A stretch of 63,903 nt of DNA, the filler included. It is 9 parts of 9 records of this genome, joined end to end, with 100 filler letters (N's around TTAATTAATTAA, not from the genome) between each part and the next. Parts side by side here need not be neighbours in the genome. Positions count along the whole stretch, not along the records: positions 60,208 to 63,903 come from SRR20825010_1924; 8 more parts are not named here. One strand, written 5' to 3'. The notes beneath the pieces are model-generated. The model had not been told where the DNA came from and made no database searches. It saw only the letters and a list, made by a program, of their open reading frames with translations. A program made the translations under genes and the position numbers. This document shows positions 60,208-63,903 of the stretch, one piece after another (within the stretch, counting starts at the first letter, position 1; the number at the start of each line of letters is the position of its first letter).

Positions 60208-61866
60208 ACCTGAGACCCATAGAACTTCGCCCAGATGCGCGGCAATTTCAGGGTCCGGCAATTTTTTCAGCGCTTCGCGAAGATGCACGATGGCCTCTTG
60301 GTGATTGCCCATCTGGTAGAGCACCCAGCCTAGACTGTCGGTGGTGGCCGGATCACCCGGGTTTAGCTCCAGAGCGCGGGTGATCAGTTGATAGGCTTCT
60401 ACGTAGCGATCAGTGTTCACCGTCAGGGTATAGCCGAGTGCATTCAGCGCCGTGGCGTTATTCGCATCCCTGGCAAGAATGGTCCGGAGATCCTTTTCCG
60501 AGCTGGCGAAGTCATCTTGCTGTTCGCTCAGCATGGAGCGGGTGTAGAGCAGTGCGTTATTGTCAGGGTGTTCGTTAATGGCTTCGTTCATCAGGCTGCG
60601 GGCTTCATCGAGCGAGCCGTGATCGGCAAGCAGTTCGGCCTCAATCTGAAACAGGGGAGCCGATTGTCGGGGATGGTTCAGTCGCAATTCGTGCAGGTAG
60701 AGCCGGGCATTGTTCAGCTCGTCATGCCTTGCCATGAACTGGCTGAGCCGGACTGCTGCGGGGAGGAGCTGTTGGCCACTGCGTACCTGGGCATAATGGA
60801 ACAGTACCGAATCCATATTTTCTGCCTCTTCTGCCATTTTTCCGAGCTCGAAATGGGCAGCTGCAGCAGTTCCCGGATGACGGGTCAGATCGGTAAGCAA
60901 CTGGCGTGCTTCGTCAGTTTTATCCAGGCCCCGACTCACCATTGCCAGAGTGAAGAGCAGTTCGGTATCGCGGGGGTGTTTGTCAGCCAGCAGGCGCAGT
61001 TGGGCATGGGCCCCTTCCAAGTCGTCCTCCGAAAGCAGCCTGGCATACTGGAGGCGCAGTTTCATGCTGTCGGGCAGAGTTTTCAGGCTGCCTGCGAGAA
61101 AAGCTATGGCCTCTTTTTTGCGATCCAGCTGGTGGAGCAGTTGTGCCTTGAACATGAGCGCATTTTCTTGTTCAGGTGCCAGTTCCAGCAGTCGATCAAT
61201 GGTATTCAATGCCTGTTGCAAATCCTCTTGCTGACTGAACAGCATGGCGCTGGAGAGCAGGAGTGTTTGGTTGTCGGGGAATTGCTTCCGGAGGCTCGAA
61301 TATTCGGTCAGCAACGGCGCTCGCTGTTCAGGGCTGAGGCCACCGGCGGCTACAGCAATAGACATGACCGGTTCATCGTCACCCTTACTGATTGAAAAAA
61401 CTGCATGTGTCATGGCTTCGCTAAGTCGTCCGCTACGTGCAAGCGAGAGGGCTGCCAGACTGCGGGCATCGAGATTTTGCGGTTCAATATCGCTCCATAA
61501 CAGCGCCATTTCCAGTAGTGCCTCACGATCCTCGGCGTAGGCTGCAACGCTGGTTGCCCTGGCGACAACACCGGGGTCACGGGTGATTCGGGCCTGCTTC
61601 AGATACTTTTCCCGCGCAATATCCAGATGATTGCGCATGCCGGCCAGCTCTCCTACCAGCAAGTCGTAAAAAGTATCGGTGGGAAATGGCCGGGATGGCA
61701 CATCGGCTTTTACCTCAGTAGCTACCTGGTCTGGCGCGGTCTCTGCGGGTGGTTGCTTCGGTGCTGAGGTCTGGAGATCGGTTTGTTCAGACCCCTGGTG
61801 GGCACAGCCCGTCAGTACCTGGAGGGCCAGTAGCAGGGTCAGTAATAGGTGGCCGGGTATTTTCAT
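60208..61866 (-). CDS. TPR-repeat lipoprotein divergent from hemA (3'-truncated)
   Basis: Lipobox LTGC, LLVGELAG, ALNALGYTL, DSLGWV, EIAAHLGEVLW. Confidence 0.88.
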
Positions 61867-62078
61867 AGGGGCAGGCTTCAGCCTGGTGCTCTGTCGATTA
61901 TGATGAGAAAAGTACGGTTGTGATTTCGTTTGAGTCGCAACCCGTGATGGCAACATTGTATCCAATAACTCAGACAATAACGAAAGGGGAATATTGCAGT
62001 CCGGGTTAAATTCGATACCGCTTGTCTTTGCCTGGCCAGAACCGGACAATTGCCGATCTACTGCCAAGCACTGTTGTA

Positions 62079-63344
62079 ATGACGATTTTTGCCCTAGGGA
62101 TCAACCACCGCACCGCATCTCTCGATATCCGGGAGAAGGTAGCCTTTGCCCCTGAGCAGACTGCTGAAGCGATACAGCACTTGTGCGATTACGCCGGTAT
62201 TGAAGAAGTCGCGATTCTGTCTACCTGTAACCGGACAGAGATTTACGGCATCGGCAATGAGCCCGAGCAGGCCCTGGGCTGGATGGCGGATTATCACCGT
62301 ATCACCCTGCCTGAATTACACCCCTGCCATTATCTGTACCGGGACACTGACGCCGTTCGGCATATTATGAAAGTGGCCTGTGGTCTCGATTCCATGGTGT
62401 TGGGTGAGCCGCAGATCCTCGGTCAACTGAAATCCTGTTATGCCGTGGCCAGAGAAGCCGGCAAAGTCTCTACTCAGCTCAATTTGTTGTTTCAGCAGGC
62501 ATTTGCGATTGCCAAGCGGGTTCGCACAGAAACGGCTATCGGTCAGAATCCGGTGTCCGTTGCCTATGCTGCGGTCAGCTTGTCCCAGCAGATATTTTCC
62601 GATCTCCGCGATGTGCGGGCGTTGTTAATTGGTGCCGGTGAGACGGTGGAATTGGTGGCCCGGCATCTCAGGGAAAAGGGGGTGAAGGAAATCATGGTCG
62701 CCAATCGCACCCTCAGTCGAGCGCAGGATCTGGCCCTCCAGTTTGGAGCACAGGCCATTTTACTTTCGGAAATACCCGATTTTTTACCCCGGGCCGATAT
62801 GGTGATTTCCTCCACGGCGAGCCAGTTGCCGATTCTGGGGAAAGGGGCCGTGGAGTCAGCTCTGAAGCAGCGCAAGCACAAACCCATGTTCATGGTGGAT
62901 ATTGCGGTACCCAGGGATATTGAGCCAGAAGTCGCAAAGCTTCAGGATGTCTACCTCTACACGGTCGACGACCTGCAGGCGGTGATTGAAGAGAACATTC
63001 GCTCTCGTCAGAGTGCCGCCAGTAAAGCAGAACAGATTATCGAAGAAGGGGTGAATGCCTGGCAAAATCAGCTGCGGGGCCTGGATGTGGTGGAAACCAT
63101 CCGTGCTTTCCGCAGCAGCGCAGAGCAGGTGCGCGATCAGGAGCTGGATAAGGCCATCGCGCTATTGCGCACGGGTCAAGCGCCGGAGCAGGTGTTGAAA
63201 ACACTGGCGCGCAACATTACCAACAAACTTATGCATGTGCCGACCACGCGATTAAAGCAGGCCGGTGAAGCGGGACGCACCGAGCAACTGAGTCTGGCCC
63301 ATGACCTGTTCGGTCTTGACAAGTCTGATTCCGAACCCAAATAA
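62079..63344 (+). CDS. hemA: Glutamyl-tRNA reductase
   Basis: [42 protein letters not shown]. Confidence 0.97.
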   Translation: MTIFALGINHRTASLDIREKVAFAPEQTAEAIQHLCDYAGIEEVAILSTCNRTEIYGIGNEPEQALGWMADYHRITLPELHPCHYLYRDTDAVRHIMKVACGLDSMVLGEPQILGQLKSCYAVAREAGKVSTQLNLLFQQAFAIAKRVRTETAIGQNPVSVAYAAVSLSQQIFSDLRDVRALLIGAGETVELVARHLREKGVKEIMVANRTLSRAQDLALQFGAQAILLSEIPDFLPRADMVISSTASQLPILGKGAVESALKQRKHKPMFMVDIAVPRDIEPEVAKLQDVYLYTVDDLQAVIEENIRSRQSAASKAEQIIEEGVNAWQNQLRGLDVVETIRAFRSSAEQVRDQELDKAIALLRTGQAPEQVLKTLARNITNKLMHVPTTRLKQAGEAGRTEQLSLAHDLFGLDKSDSEPK

Positions 63345-63378
63345 AACGACGTCTATAACTCTCCATTAATGAGCCTCA

Positions 63379-63903
63379 ATGAAACAATCGATCCTGGAAA
63401 AACTGCAACATTTGGCCGACCGCTATGAGGAGGTGGGCGCGCTGCTGAGTGACCCCGAAGTGATCGGTCAGCAAACCCGCTTCCGTGAACTGTCCCGTGA
63501 ATATGCGGAGCTGGAGTCGGTGGTAAAAAGCTATCGCGACTACTATCGGGTTCAGACGAACATTGAAGAGGCGAGAGTATTGCTCAAGGATGCCGATGCG
63601 GATATGCGCGCCATGGCGGAAGAGGATCTTCTTGAAAACCAAAGTCGGCTTGCCGACCTTGAGGTTGAGTTGCAGACATTACTGTTGCCGAAGGACCCCA
63701 ATGATGACCGCAATGTGTTCCTTGAAATCCGTGCTGGAACAGGGGGTGACGAAGCGGCGATCTTTTCCGGTGACCTGTTTCGGATGTACAGCAGGTACGC
63801 GGAAAGCCGGCGCTGGAAAGTGGAGGTTATCAGTGAAAGCCACGGTGAACACGGTGGCTATAAGGAGATTATCAGTCGTATTGTCGGACAGGGGGCCTAT
63901 TCC
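63379..63903 (+). CDS. prfA: Peptide chain release factor 1 (3'-truncated)
   Basis: Manual translation MKQSILEKL...LLPKDPND...[15 protein letters not shown]...GGYKEII; follows hemA. Confidence 0.95.
   Translation, partial: MKQSILEKLQHLADRYEEVGALLSDPEVIGQQTRFRELSREYAELESVVKSYRDYYRVQTNIEEARVLLKDADADMRAMAEEDLLENQSRLADLEVELQTLLLPKDPNDDRNVFLEIRAGTGGDEAAIFSGDLFRMYSRYAESRRWKVEVISESHGEHGGYKEIISRIVGQGAYS

Overview
The window is not one locus. It is nine unrelated contigs joined by 100-nt artificial spacers (N-run + TTAATTAATTAA + N-run), so no gene neighbourhood can be read across a spacer. Taxonomic labels are my inference from gene content and sequence style. (1) 1-7592, GC-rich alphaproteobacterial: SF2 helicase converging on a TAXI-TRAP / dienelactone hydrolase / gamma-glutamyltransferase operon. 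(2) 7693-15178, betaproteobacterial (Limnobacter-like): desC-desB desaturase operon with a FabR/DesT-like palindrome, an AT-rich fimT-pilVWXY1E cluster, tRNA-Ile2(CAT) and the end of rpoD. (3) 15279-19840: double-length UvrA. (4) 19941-23873, alphaproteobacterial: gatB end, histone-H1-like PAAKK protein, GST, secreted His-rich protein, Sel1 protein, tesB, partial tRNA-Ser(GCT). (5) 23974-28257: MarR-RidA-opine dehydrogenase-like-3-hydroxyacyl-CoA dehydrogenase-DctP-DctQ catabolic operon. (6) 28358-40182, betaproteobacterial: cheR-cheB, a two-component pair, flgE-L. (7) 40283-46423, Flavobacteriaceae-like: Cu-ATPase, PepSY, CusB-like adaptor, an unannotated 31-aa basic peptide, groEL. (8) 46524-60107, planctomycete (Rhodopirellula-like): DUF1559-BlaI-BlaR1-(GT2-ArnT fusion)-EamA cluster, PAP2, SOUL, RecQ, M42-like peptidase. 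(9) 60208-63903, gammaproteobacterial: TPR lipoprotein, hemA, prfA. The most striking unexplained signal is a pair of ~200-nt structured non-coding elements (32600-32841 and 33243-33450) in inverted orientation around an AT-rich orphan ORF between convergent genes. They share conserved basal stems, bulges and a loop motif, while their inner stems differ in sequence but keep full pairing, which is the covariation signature of a conserved RNA or ssDNA structure I cannot assign to a known family.
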